DNA from: Antedon mediterranea
Taxonomy: Eukaryota > Animalia > Echinodermata
Direction of reading: 5' to 3'
Length of the DNA stretch: 64,000 bases
Assembly (NCBI RefSeq): GCF_964355755.1
Contig: NC_092678.1
Span: 5,906,422-5,970,421, forward strand
A program made the translations under genes and the position numbers. A model generated the notes under the pieces. The model saw only the letters and a list, made by a program, of their open reading frames with translations. It ran no database searches and was not told the origin of the DNA. Position 1 is the stretch's first letter, and each line of letters starts with the position of its first letter. Below, piece by piece: positions 50,509-64,000 of this stretch.

Positions 50509-52789
50509 CTACAAAAAGAAAAACACAGACAAATTTATTATTTTTCACATGCTTATGAATATTTATTTCATTTTCAGAATTTATTTAAATAATCTCTTCT
50601 ATTGAAATTTTTATTTGCTTTAAATATTTGAAGAAGATTGAGCTGCTAGAAATATTTAAAATGTGCAAATTGAGAGTAATTTAGAAAATATTAAATGTCA
50701 AATGTTTCAAGGCACTCCTCGACCATACTATAGTTCTGGCGATAGAAAGTCTTCTTGGAGTTACCCATGTACTGGTCCATCTCAGCTCGTGTCATGGACA
50801 GAAGACCGAGTGCCTTTTGGTGGCAGCTTAACACAAAGCAACAAAGGACACAAGTCTGCCATGAATAATTTGACCAATCATGACGCAAGGGATCATCCAA
50901 ACTGTCGCTTGTAATTGGTCAAATCATTGCATGGCACCTAAGTTGTTGCGTTACGTCCTTAGGGAATCTTCACGTGCAACTACACTCGGAATGAGATTCT
51001 GTCAGTAAAGATGATGATAACGATGATGATGGTAAATATTTAATATTGAAATTTATAATAAATGCAGTTTTGAAATTACATGGCCAATAGAAATAGGTTA
51101 TTAGGACATACAATAATGACATTATATTGTTTCAACATCTATATTATTATGAATAAATAATCAAGAAACAATCCTATAAATTAATTCTACAGTACTTGTA
51201 ATGAATGTATCTATTGTATTCTAAGCACTGATTGTTTAATCTTTTATTCATGTATCTATGAGTCAGAATTAATAAAGTAAAAAGAAAGGTTTAAAAACAA
51301 AAACCAATTGAATTCGTATTACTATCAAGAACAAACTAAATGGACTTCATTGTAATTCAATTGCTTCTCTGTTATAGGTTAGTTTTAAATAAATTTAAAT
51401 ACTTTGTTTTAAAAAATCAGAACAAGTATGCATTTGAATACTTTCCATACATCATTTCTAAATATTGAAATTTGAATATACTGTTTGATGATTTACAAAT
51501 TTTGTTGGTTGCCCATCAGACCATCTGACCATTTTAATTTTTGTTGCCATGCATTTTTGGTTGCACGGGTTCAAGAGCAACTGATTTTGCGAGCCTAGCT
51601 TTTGGAACACCCCAATTCAAGGTACAAACCTCCTTATCAAGAAAACTACTCTCATAAAATAGTTACTTAATAAAATAACAAATGACATCTCAAACAAAAA
51701 CAATAGCAATGACATTTTGACAATGAAGGCTACCTCGCCATTAGCAACACATTAATATACATATTATGATTTAACTTTGAATGACTGAATTAGAGCATAT
51801 ACATGTAGATTTTAAGATAATAAATTATTTGGAATTTAATTCCATGTTTTACTTAAATAAATTATAAAATTAGTAGGCATATATTAATTAGTTAATTCGC
51901 AGGCAGGCAGTAAATTATTTAACAAACATTGTAATGGTTTTTACAAAAACGATTAATTTTACTTACTGAATATTTTAGTTTTTAGACAGCATAATTGTGT
52001 TATAAAACAGTATTTTATATACAATTATTGTTCAAATAAATCAAATCAACAAACTAATTGTTGTATTGTATTAAAACTAAAACGTACTTACAGTTACAGT
52101 TAAATTACTGGCTTTAAATCACAATATTACATATGGAGTAACAACCCTAAAACTAGAGGAAGACAAATCTGTACTACTCTAAAAAGTGTACCTCCAATTA
52201 AAGACCACTTTGGGAGCCAGATTTTAGCAGTAATTTTCTTCAAATTTCCAATAGCTTTTCTACACCAAAAATGCTTTAATTTCAAAAGTTTATTTTAAAG
52301 TGTTCTTGGAAGAAAAATGTGAAGGAAAATGTTCAGTTGAGTCTCCAATACCATGGTCCTTGGTCTCTAATTAGAGGGAATCTTCAATTAGAGGGAGCAG
52401 TTTTTTTAATGGTAAAATGTAGACAATCATTCAGAGTCGCGGGTCAGCAGTCTTTAATTGGAGGGAGTTGCATATAGTTTCAATGACACCTTCAACAAAA
52501 ACAATGCAAAGAAGAATGCAAGACAAGAATGACAAAAAATGTCAACTATAATTTTTAATGTCGCTGTAATTTTCAATGTGAGAATTTTAATCCTTATGGC
52601 CTTTTGAAATTTAATTTGACTTCTTAAATTAGAATTCTGGGGATATTTTGTACTCATGTCATTAAACACCCAGCGAAGCATTGTAAAACCACAAGGGAAG
52701 TGCACTAAAGAATATTTGATATATGATCAATGTATTGAAAAAGTTGAGTTTTATTTGAAATGGTGACATCTAGCCGAAGTAGTATAAAC

Positions 52790-53188
52790 TTAGTGACAAT
52801 TAGCTGAATTATAACAAAATTGACTTAGAGTGACAACTAACGTAACTGGTGACAACACTAGTAACTGAACTAGTGATAACTTGCTGAACAAGTGACAAAT
52901 AGCCAAACAAGAGTGTCAAGTAGCCATAGAAGTCACAAGTAGCAGAACACAACTAGCCACAATGACTGGTTAACCTAGTGACTAATACGCCACCTAGAAA
53001 CAACTAGTTGGAAAAAGTTACAAGTAGTAACTAAACAAGTAGCCAAACAGGTGACAACTATCTAAACTAGTGACAACTAACTGAACTAGTGACAACTAAC
53101 TGAACTACTGACAACTAACTGAACTAGTGACAGCTAACTGAACCAGTTACAACTAACTGAACTAGTGACAACTAACTGAACTAGTGAT
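52790..53188. repeat. 19-bp minisatellite (AACTAGTGACAACTAACTG), degenerate toward the left
   Basis: Clean units at 53065-53188 and decayed units upstream. Confidence 0.85.
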
Positions 53189-56100
53189 ATGTTTTTTAGG
53201 AACAAGTCAAACTACACGCTGCCAATCGGAACTACTAGCAACTGGCCGGAATAACGAAAAAGAACACACATTTTTTGTTGCTTTTCTTGACATTATTAGC
53301 AAGTACAGAAATAAAAAAATGAGTGGGTAGAAAATGGGCGATGATGATGAGGAAAGAGATATCATTAATTCCAATTGAACTTGGTAATTAATTTTTATCA
53401 TTATACTATCATAACTGAAATACACCAGTATAAATCAATGTGTATAAATGGAAATGTAACAAAAAGTGACGTACATTGTAAAGGTCACAGGTCGCTTGTC
53501 TCTCAGTCAGTTAATCATTTTATAATGTTATTGATTCACAACATTATTGCATTCAGAAAAAGAATAACTGTTGTGCTTGAGTGTATTGCTATTGTAATAA
53601 TTCAAAATGGTTGGCATTTCAAAAAGAAAAAATCTTATGCAATCTTACATTAGTACTCTTGAAAGTGTGGTTGTCAGAAATAAAAATGGAAAAGAACCGA
53701 AATATGCTTTTTGTAAAATAAGCTCCACGCATTTATTTACATCAAACAAATGGGGCCTTCACTTGATATTCAAGTTTGTTACACAAGGGCTCAGACAAAA
53801 TACATTCTAAGCAGTCAATTCAAATGATGGGAATGATTTCGAGGAGAGAATGCATCAACAGGAAAAAATGTCTGCCGTAAGTCTTACGTACGAAACAGAT
53901 AGCAATTGCCAGATGAGATGGAACATATCAAGGAACAAAGAAGATAAACAATAGAAAAAAATAAAAGCAAACTGGAAAGTACTAATAAAGGCAGAAGTAA
54001 CTATAATTATATGGTAACAACAAAATAAGGAACAAGTTTATACACTGCAAACTGTCCACTTTGCACATAACATATTCACAAAATCCAGTTATACGTATAC
54101 TGTATGTCTCATTTCTTGTCCTAATAATAACTTTTGTATTTTCAATCAAGCAAGCCTTGAGATTATACTACCCTACATTAACCATGCATTCGAACATGAA
54201 CAATTGAAGAAACACTAATTAATATAGGAAATTGGAGTATGTAGATCATGTATGTTATTAGTATTGGAGTCAGTCTGCCTCTTAAATTAAAATATTCTCA
54301 AATCAGAATTTGTGAGCCTTGACTTTCAAATGATGACATTAATGGTTATAATGATTTTCATTTTTTTGCCTTCTGTTTAAAGTTTGTAAGCATTACTTAT
54401 CAATTTTCATTAGAAAGGTTAACAAATATTGATATTTGAATTCTTCTTGTCTCAGAAAACAGAGTTCTAACCATCTTTAGCTCAATAGTTTTTGCAATCT
54501 TAATTGTAATATTTAATAAATCTGGTTGATGTTCTTGGCAACAAAAACCTCTCCTAAATGCCAAGTTTTATTGTGAGACTGATGCAAATCCTTTCAAATT
54601 TATGATGCACTGTTTTTTTTTTGCTGGTCGTATTTTTTTTCTGTATCAGCAATCTATCTATCCAGCGTCTACTGATGGATTACAAGAACAGACTTGCACA
54701 TGTGTATGTGCTTCTTCACTTTTTGCAGCAAATCCACATTCAATATTAACCTTTAAATTCAATTTCTTTGCCCTGGGTCGCCATTCAGGTCACCAGCTTG
54801 GGCGCTACTCTTTCCTTGCACCTTTTGCAGTTTCCAACAAACTATAGCATTCTCTTTCTTATTATTGATGTATTAATGGCAAAGTGAGTTCAAATCAAAT
54901 CATACCACTATTTCCAGTGGTGGGAAATGCTAACAGCTGAGATGACTATTTTTAGGAAAAGACCAACCAAGTTTACCGAGATATTTTCACTCAATACGAT
55001 GCATAACCATTCACTTTACTAAACATATTGGCAGTTCAGAGGCTGATACACAACATATATCTCACTAGACACTTTATATGCATGGTCTAGTCATCATCGG
55101 CAAAAATGGACAGAAAAAGAAGAGAAAACATTTACAAGATTAATACTTCCTAAGTTATTGATTTCTCATCAAGAGAGTGCCCAGGGAAGTATTTCAAATA
55201 AGTATTTCTAAGAAATAGCTTAATGTTTACACCTATCAACAGACAATCAGGGAATAAAACGAAGACAAACAAATTCAACCCAAGAGTTCATCTGAAGTAG
55301 TAACAATTACTAAGAAATTTCTAAAAATAAGTAGAAGTTGGTGCATTAGAAGTAGAACAAGTTGATGAAGTATGCAAATCCAAAAACAAATTGGTCAAAA
55401 CAACAATGTTATCAAAGGATATAAATGCAACACAAGCAATTTGACCAATCACAAGCGATGGATCATTCAAGTTGTCGCTTTTTGTTGGTCAACTCGCTTG
55501 CGTTGTATCCTAGAGGGAAACAAGCTTAAAGCTGAAATTAGTAATTAACAGAATAGTATTATTGTTTATTGTTAACAATCAGGAAATGAAACGAAAACAA
55601 ACAAATACAACCCACAAGTTCACCTATAGTAGTAACAATTACTAAGAAATTTCAACAAAAAAAGAAACTATTTAAAAAGATTGAAGTAGTAACAACTTTT
55701 CAAACTTTGCTCTAGATTACAAGCAGTTGATATCTCCCAATATTCTACTTCTCGTTCAGTAAAAAAACAAACTCTATATCTGAACTATCACATGGAATGA
55801 AATATATGGTAATGGGCAAATAATGCGCTGAAGCGTAACATATGTGTGGGTTTTATTGTGGGCAATTGGGCGACAAACGGGCCATTGCGCACCATCACAC
55901 ACCTAAGGGAGCACCTAGTCAGGCCTTTAGATTATCATGACGACTGTACGTATAATTAAGCTAACAACAGGTGACACACAAATCAACAGATTTGAGTAAT
56001 TTCATATTATTTTTATTGCTTGGCCTTTTAGTGATTAGCTAACGAAAACTGGGACGGCGTTACTTAACCTCCAATTTCATATTTTGTATGTAATGTTATG

Positions 56101-56740
56101 TAATTATTGAACCACCAAAATAAGTCTTAAGTAAACAATACCATTTGTAATCATTTGCTTTTCGTTTTTTGTGCAATAAAAGTGAGATGAACAGAACATC
56201 TTTAATGTATAAAACGATCCTTTAGATTTCTACTTTAATTTAATTATTAGTAACGTAAAGAAAAATCATCTGGATCTACAAAACAAAATTGTATACATTA
56301 CTTGATTTGTATATGGATGATTACTACGAATCCTGAGGACGTGATATGTCAACTTTGCATGTTCGTGGAAATTTACGCTGACAGATATTTGAAATCGAGA
56401 AAGAAAACAACATTTGGATATTTCTTGGGCTACAGATTAAATTACATTTTGAAGAAAAGTAAAAAATAAACGAATTAAAATAATTATTCATAACAAAAAA
56501 GTTGAAGATTATGACATGTGCTTTGCAATTTGATTATCTGCACATATCACAAAAAAATGCTGTGGGTATCAGTGGCTGAATCTTCATGGAGATACAAAAT
56601 ACAACAATTTATTTTTTACATTTTTTACAATGCCAACTGACATTGATCGATAGTCCATTTTCAAGAAATATTCATTTCCTAGAAATTCTAAATAGATGTT
56701 TGCTTCAACCTCCTGACATTCCTTTGCAGAAGTTTTCTAA

Positions 56741-56880
56741 AGCTCTGTCTACACTATCAAAGTAGTTTGACAAACAAAGTATGATGTTCCCATATATGGT
56801 AGTGATATGATATCCTCGTGTCCATGTACGGGCACATCACATTTTGTTGTCATATACAGTTTGATAGTGTAGACAGAGCT
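56741..56880. mobile_element. Harbinger-type MITE family B, complete (140 bp)
   Basis: Perfect 21-bp TIR AGCTCTGTCTACACTATCAAA / TTTGATAGTGTAGACAGAGCT with TAA/TTA flanks. Other copies at about 16020-16141, 37330-37443 and 57404-57506. Confidence 0.88.
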
Positions 56881-57645
56881 TTATGCCATAGACTTGCCAA
56901 TTTGTGTTCCCTGAACACTTTTTGACATGATCTATGTGCCAAAGAGATGCCATTTTGTGGTCTTGATTTAAAGTATTCAACACAATGTGCCCAGAATTAC
57001 TTTCCCAAATCTCAGTTATGGCAAAGAAATGGCCCTGTGTTATATTAACGCCGTACTAGACTCTGAATACTTTTTAATGAATTTTGTATTGAAAATGTTA
57101 TTGTATAATTCAACAAGTTGCAATAGAAGTACATTCATTGACTGAATACTGCAGAATGTACATGATGGTGACAGACTATATTGGTTATCTCCAATGAATT
57201 GTACTAATTTTAATTATATTTGTTATTTGTTATAGATCCTTGTCCCTAGAGGTTTACAATATAATAGTATTTGCACACCTACTGATGATGCTCTAGCTTA
57301 CTTACTTTCTATTTTTATTCTACATTTCAATGATTTTCTTTTCCCAACATTAGTACGAGAGAGAGAAGAGAATTATAGTATATAAAATTCTTCTCCATTG
57401 TAAAGCTCTGTCTACACTATCAAACTTTATTTTACAAAAAAAATAATGATGTAATATCACTACCCTACTTGGGCACATCACACTTTTTTTTTGTATAGAC
57501 CAGGCTTTAGATCTTTTTTTGTGTTATCATAATATATAGCAGTAAATATTTGGAAGCTACACTTTGAAAAAGTGGCGCGCCTCTTGAAAGAAGGTGTGTC
57601 CATCGTAAGGGACCTTGTCAAAATGATTCTACTGCAGTTACTGCA

Positions 57646-58404
57646 TTTATTTTAATCTTAAACCTGTTTATAATTTGTATAGCGCCAGAATCAACTAAAC
57701 CGAAGTAAAAATCAAAGGCGCTTATAATGGATGCGTTCTTTTTAAAAAATAGCAATAGAAGTTGATTTAGTAAAATGACGAGGGTGAGAATTCCAAAGAG
57801 AAGCTGCAGACCTTTGTCCATAAGATTTGGTGTTAATTCTAGGAACAAGTAGTAGGTTTTGATCAGCCAAACGAAGACAAGCAAGAGGGGTGTAGGAGGG
57901 AAGAAGATCAAGGAGATAAGTAGGTTGTTTAAGAAATAGCGCCTTAAATGTTAGTAAAAGGATCTTATATTTTATACGGGAGTCAATAAGTAGCCAATGG
58001 AGGTTATATATAATAGGAGATATGTGTGAGGATCTTCTAGTAAGAGTTAGGATGCGTGCAGCAGTGTTCTGGAGACGTTGGAGTCGATTCATTAAAGATT
58101 TCGGTAGGGCAAAAAAAAGAGAGTTGCAATAATCAAGGCGAGAAGTGACAGAGGCATTTATTAATGTAAAGGCAGTACGCTTTGACAGATACTTTCGAAT
58201 GCAAGCAATGTTACGTAGATGGAAGTTAGTAGTTTTTGTAACATGACTTGTATGTTTGTTGAAGGATAATAATCCATCAAAATAAACCCCAAGATTTTTA
58301 ACAAAAGGTGATGGAAAAATTGTACAGGAATTAAAAGAAATCGAGGGAATATTGAATTTGGAACGTATGATAAATTTGGTTTTAGTATTGTTAAGCAAGA
58401 GCAT
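57646..58404 (-). mobile_element. 5'-truncated L2-clade LINE (ORF2 reverse transcriptase C-terminal region plus 3' UTR)
   Basis: ORF 57742-58404 carries L2/CR1-group motifs VKNLGVYFD..LSF..H, SRLDYCNSL, RLQRLQNTAAR, HISP..LHWL.I..RIKYKILLLTFKAL and LLVPR. The 3' UTR has the AAGCGCCTTTGA...GGCGCTATACAAAT stem typical of L2. Confidence 0.92.
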
Positions 58405-60546
58405 GTTGGATGATAGCCAGGATATGCGATTATTTTACAAACCTTTTGGGTAATCATACGCATTATTGCAATTTCTTTCTTATAAACTTTTGCATAGATC
58501 AGAAAAAAACTTATAAAATGTTTTATTCGCAGTAAGATAGTTACTGCAATAAAATAATCCTTAATTTACTACAAAAGAAATGTAACAAAGAATACAAATA
58601 TTGACAAGAAAACTTAAGTATGTACAGAATACAGGATTCTAAGAAAGTGACAAAGAATGTTTGTTTTCTTTTTTCTGGAAGTGAAGTTTTACAAAAGAAA
58701 ATTGTATAGAATTAAAAATGTTCAAAAAAATCCAAATGCAAAATGTGTTACTTATTCATCAAAAATGGCTTTTTAGATTAATATGATTATAAATTCCTTT
58801 ATTTTTAACTGATGTTAAAAACAGAGCAAACATTAACAAATAAATTGTCAATCAAACTGTCCATCTCAGAGCAAGAAATTTGACAGCATTCTGTTGAACA
58901 GACCATCAACTTAAGTGCTTGTATATATGTATATATGTTTAATGGGAGTGTTTCTAGTATTTGATGTTAATCGGTTACGTTGTTTTAAACGACACAATTT
59001 TGAGTATGCAACTGTTTGTAGTAGTCACACCATAAAATGGCAATTTTGGTTGATTTGATTTCATTTTAAATATTTCAACAAAATCTATGTATCTTTAAAG
59101 TTATTTCAAACTAAAATATTATTATTTGCAACAGTACAAAAATATCCAACAATTTGCCATACTTAAAATGTTGCTGCTAAATTGCAATTTCTCCTGATTT
59201 TTCTAAAACAAGGAATTCAAAATTAATTAAATCAACAAGTTATTCTACAATACATAACTGTTCTCCAAAAGGTGACAACTCACAAACAAATTAAAATCGG
59301 ATATAGAAAAATTTAAAACAATACCACACCCAACTATATTGTTGCAAACATGCCAAATCTTGTTTTCATGAAATAAAAATCAACAGTTAACGATAAACTG
59401 AAAGAGTTCTGAACCAATTAAGTACCACTTTAATATGTCCACAACAATTTCTATATTTTTTTTCATTGCAGTGTGATTATATCAAAGTACTTTACTTCAA
59501 AATCTCATGATCGTGGTTTTAAGTCTTAGTTTTATAAAGGAGATAAAAAAACAAAAGTAGAAAAAATAAGATTATTTTCACACATGAATATAACTAATTT
59601 TATTTAACAGTAAAAATCAATGAATATGAAGTTTAAAATGCAAAGCACAGACAGGTGAGAGAAGGTGATTAAAACGCTCAAAGCATTGAAAATGTCAAAG
59701 AAAATAGACATTCTTGCCAGTTAAAATGGTAACATTCACCTGAGCACCAACGGCGGCAGGTGAAAAATGTACGCAAGAAAGTACAGAGACCTTGATATTT
59801 ATAAATACAAAGCGTAAAGTACAAATTTATATTTCTTCGTGAGGTAATTTCCCGATTGATCGTAATCAAAACGGTACTGGGTATGGTCTACTAGCTTTTC
59901 TGCTCCCAACCAGTACATCCATTCATAGAAGCCTTGATGAAGTAAGCCTATACCTAGTGGTGACCATAGAACGGTCCCGACATAACGACTATACTTCAGC
60001 TTTAGTCGATAGAAGATTAAAATATTGTTAGAGATAGAGTATACAATGTTTGATTATGTGTAGATATGTGATTTGTTCTATTATCCAAATGATGTTCCGT
60101 ATATAGGAGATGAAAATAGCAGTTGGGTGTGATTTTGAATAACAAATAGCCTAATTATCCTAGACTGTATATTATGCGATAAATAATATTTTATATATAT
60201 TTTTAAAAATATTTATTGTTATGATTATAATATTAATAAAAATATATTTGTTAGTATAAATTTAAAAATATAAAATATAGATATAAAGAAGAAAAGCAAA
60301 GAGATTATGGAGCGGCTATTCCTGAATATACAATAATAATTATCGTAAGTTTAATTTATAAATTTTAGATTTAGAACAAAGTACACAGTTAAAGCCACAT
60401 TCCCTACGTTTTTTAGATCTAATTTAAGATCACAAACTATATTTAATGTAAAAATAATACTATATGGTCCTATTGCGATAACTTTTTTTGTCTTTAAACG
60501 GTTAAAAATGTGAAAAATAATCGATTCTAATAATTATAGCGGCCCG

Positions 60547-60570
60547 CTATAAATCCCAAAATGCATTGCG
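60547..60570 (+). promoter_or_regulatory. ZNF143/Staf-like binding motif in a CpG-rich patch (60520-60880)
   Basis: ctataaatcccaaaatgcattgcg resembles the ACTACA...TCCCA.AATGCATTGCG Staf-binding consensus. Confidence 0.4.
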
Positions 60571-62429
60571 CGCGGATTGATATTTTTGTTTTTCACCTGT
60601 AATTCGCCCACTTTTCGATCGATCGTGAAGCCAAAACAAATGGAAGACTCCTAACTTTTCAGCGAAAATACCGGGTTTTCCCCAATTTGTATCAACGGAG
60701 TCTGGCAAAAATAGAAAGACAATTAATGCAGCAACTATACAACGTCCGGCTAGGTATATAGCTAGCGTACGATGTTCGTACGTTATCGATGTTTACCAGC
60801 TAGGCCTACAAAACTAAGCCTAGCTAGGCTAGGCCTAAGACCGTCCACGAGAGGTCGATCGCCGCAAGCTACTTAGGTAGTGCATTGTTTCTCACTTTTT
60901 ATCATAATTTACCATAAAACGTACATTTAAGACAAGGAATGACATGGTTTAATGTTTTTAAAGTGATATATATGTATTATTTTCCAAAAAACGTCCAAAA
61001 TTGCAGGGAAGGGATCTTTAAACAGCACAAGTAAAACAGAAGACACATCATCAACAGAGATGGACTGTACATAAGTTACCAAAGCCTCTAATTGTCCAAG
61101 AACATAGAAGTTCATCAGTTATTATGTTGTGACAAACAATACATTATTATTATTATGTTGTACAAAAAGCAGAAAGAACTGCCAAATAAATTTTGAATAA
61201 TTGAGACGTATAGCTTAAATTGCGCAGTGGTGTGGACAACAAAGACAGCAACCTTCATCTACCCCAAGGTCCCTTTTTGTCATACATCAACCATCAAATG
61301 GTTTCCATTCATCTGTCTACATTAGGGAGCTTAGAAATACGTCCTAAATATTGCCAAATTAACAGGAAATACTTTAGTCGGTTGTCGCAAATAAAAAGCT
61401 CCCAAATGGAAGGTACTGAGATGGACCAGAACATTAGGGGAAACCCTTCAAAAGATAAGCTGGGTTCTCCTTTTCTGAGAAAATTTGTTCTACCACCAGA
61501 AATATAATCAAGGAGAGCTTAGAGAACATATGTTACTTTAACAACTATATGTTGAAGGAACCATGCTATAACTACCTGGCTACTCAAAAATAAGTACTGA
61601 AACCTGCTTGTACAAAGCAAAAATATTCCAATCGCTATGTAAATACTACTATATAGTCTGATGAAATTCTTATAAGATATATATACATATTATGCAAAGT
61701 TTTTTCCTTAATGATAATTTGCTTTTCTGTTAATCCATCTCTTGAGCAATGGAAAATGTAAGTGAAGTTAACCATATATATTGCTGCTGCTGCCGGCAAG
61801 TCCATCTTATCGAGATATTCTACTAACAACTGTAAATAAGATTCCAAATGAAATCGGAAATCGAGTCCTAGTTTTTATCTGAAACTTCCTAATTGCGTTA
61901 AATTATGCAGAAATTTATTCTATATAAATGTAAAACGGATACATTTTTTCCATGAAATGTTGTTAATACTTTAAAAGGTTTCTACGAATGTTTTATATGA
62001 AAACATATGGTAACTGGATGGATTAAATATATATTTATTAATACCTCCCCTAAAATCTGTATTGAGTTAAATGAGGGTTGATTAATTTGTTTCGGAAAAC
62101 TCATAATAATGCATAACTTTGTACATTTCATTGTAGAAGGATCTGCAATGTTATAATTATGAGTCACTAGACGACATGCCTATCTAATAAAACATTTATT
62201 CTAGGCAAGCTCATGTTCCTGAGCATGTGCAGAATGACTTTTTGACTTGATAGCTGCGTAGTTGAGTGGCACGTTGTGAAAAAGAAATTTGACTGAATGC
62301 TACAAATGTATTTTCAACACCATTAATTCACCATTAATTCACCATTATTACTGATTCTCAAATTGTGAATAAACGTCTCTATCAGTCAGTCAAATTACAA
62401 CAGAAATTGCGTAAGTCTGAAGTAGGTAT

Positions 62430-62807
62430 TATAGTCATCATATGGATTCATTTCATAGGCTATTACTTAATCTGACAAACAAAAGATTTATGCTTTTGGG
62501 ATGGGGGCATATAGAAGAGTCCTTCGAGTTCCCTTGCAATGAAGATGAATCACTGGGTGTAGACACCATAAACCCTGCAATGATGCTATGAAAACCAACG
62601 GCACAAGATTCTTCAGTCATGTCATTCGTCAAAGAGGTTTTGATAAAGAAATAACAAAAATGGCGACACCTAACAATGTCATGGGAAAATGATGTCAAAA
62701 AATGGATTGGACAAGGATTGACAACATCATCAGCTGTGGACAGTAAATGTTGCCATGAAAAAGTGATGACCATTACAGCAAGATTCGCGCCACCGGACTA
62801 AGAGAGA
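62430..62807 (+). mobile_element. Decayed 5'-truncated RTE-clade LINE 3' end
   Basis: Translates, with stops and shifts, as YGFIS*AIT*SDKQKIYAFGMGAYRRVLRVP ... RFFSHVIRQRGFDKEI ... SWENDVKKWIGQGL ... ARFAPPD*, followed by a short (GA)n tail. This matches the RTE motifs YG.E.W, AFEM..YRR.L.I, FFGHI.R and W.D.IK.W. Confidence 0.8.
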
Positions 62808-64000
62808 TCCAACATTGTTAACCATAAAACACCTTGTATAGGCCTCAACTACAGAAGTTCAAACTTCTAGAAGATTAGCATACAAGGAGAAAAAATCATC
62901 TATATGTATCGATAAATATAACACTTTAGCAACTATAAAAATGATTACACAGATTAGAGTAAAATTATGCTAACTACAGGAAATGTAATTCACAATAAAA
63001 TCAGAAGACAAGATAAATGCAACAGTTATCTATCAAATTGTCAAGAATCGTTCTTGACAAAATAAGCTCCTAGATTTATGCCATAAATCAATGAAACTAC
63101 GATGTAGATTCTATTTTGGAAGAGTTAGTTGATAAGACTTAACTTTGGAGTTCATTTAATGAGCTTCTTCTCCATTCTATTGATTAGACTTCTATTCTAC
63201 ATTCGGTTAGCTACTATTCAACATTCAGTTTCTCATCATCATACCATCATCGTTGGTCACATTTATGCAGCTAAAGCTTCCTAATTTCATTAATTTATTT
63301 TTTTATTTCCTTTTTAATATCTACAGAAAGCGGTTAAATAATACTCAACATGATGCAGATAGAAAATTGAGTATTCAGTAACAAACGGTCCATCCATCAA
63401 ATAACATCAAGTTTTCCTTTCATCAAAAATAAACATTAAGGAAACAGAATGTGCAGATATTAATAATTTGTAAACTAGACTAAACTCGATGGGAATGTTT
63501 CAAAATATTGATTATCATCAAACATGTTACACTTACCTGTTAAATTCACAGACAAATGTGATTTGCAGAAAATAAATCTTGCAGAAGTGAAAGAAATCAC
63601 ACATAAACTAGAATTTAAGTTTTTGCTCAATTTAAGCATGCGCCTTTTACTCCCACAAGTATAATACACAGCAGAAGTAATGTTACATTTAACATAAAAA
63701 CATATATTTTCTCTCAATAGTCACAATGAAAGAATAGTATTTAATTAAGGTTGATTCCCACTAGAGACGCAAGGACATAGAGGCAACGTAAGTGAGTGGA
63801 TCAAATCACTTGCGTTGGGCTTATACAGTATCTGTGCAGTGTGTTTCTGGTGAGAATCAACATTAAGCATTTTATATACACTCTACTACACTTCGGAAAT
63901 ATATTGGTCCAAACAGTTTAACATTGAATGCGTGTCATTTAATTTAATTTCATTTCATTATTTATTTGGTCTATTTAAGTATATACAAAACAAAAAAAAC

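Noticed and set aside
53815-53882. Plus-strand exon candidate ending in gtaagt (NSNDGNDFEERMHQQEKMSA)
   Set aside because: It has a weak acceptor, is isolated, and may lie antisense to the minus-strand gene.
61635-61847. ORF LLVEYLDKMDLPAAAAIYM as an exon
   Set aside because: The acceptor is plausible but there is no good donor and no recognisable homology.

Overview
This is an AT-rich (about 30% GC by eye), repeat-dense eukaryotic window, not prokaryotic. It looks like an invertebrate animal; an echinoderm-like origin is only a guess from composition. Almost all ORFs in the track are spurious or repeat-derived. The supportable content is: (i) many non-autonomous DNA transposons (PIF/Harbinger-type with TWA flanks, piggyBac-type with TTAA TSD, pogo/Tc1-mariner-type with TA TSD, an ISL2EU-like element with AT TSD, and three unclassified TIR families); (ii) 5'-truncated L2 and RTE LINE fragments and several LINE-type tails; (iii) about a dozen minisatellites or tandem duplications; and (iv) two minus-strand coding exons of an unrecognised gene (50508-50434 and 43836-43747). 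The most notable feature is two young, near-identical 5S-rRNA-derived SINEs (SINE3-type) in inverted, tail-to-tail orientation inside that gene's inferred last intron. There is also a strong excess of TACAGTA/TACTGTA heptamers matching Tc1/mariner excision footprints. No CRISPR array, tRNA or intact rRNA gene was found.
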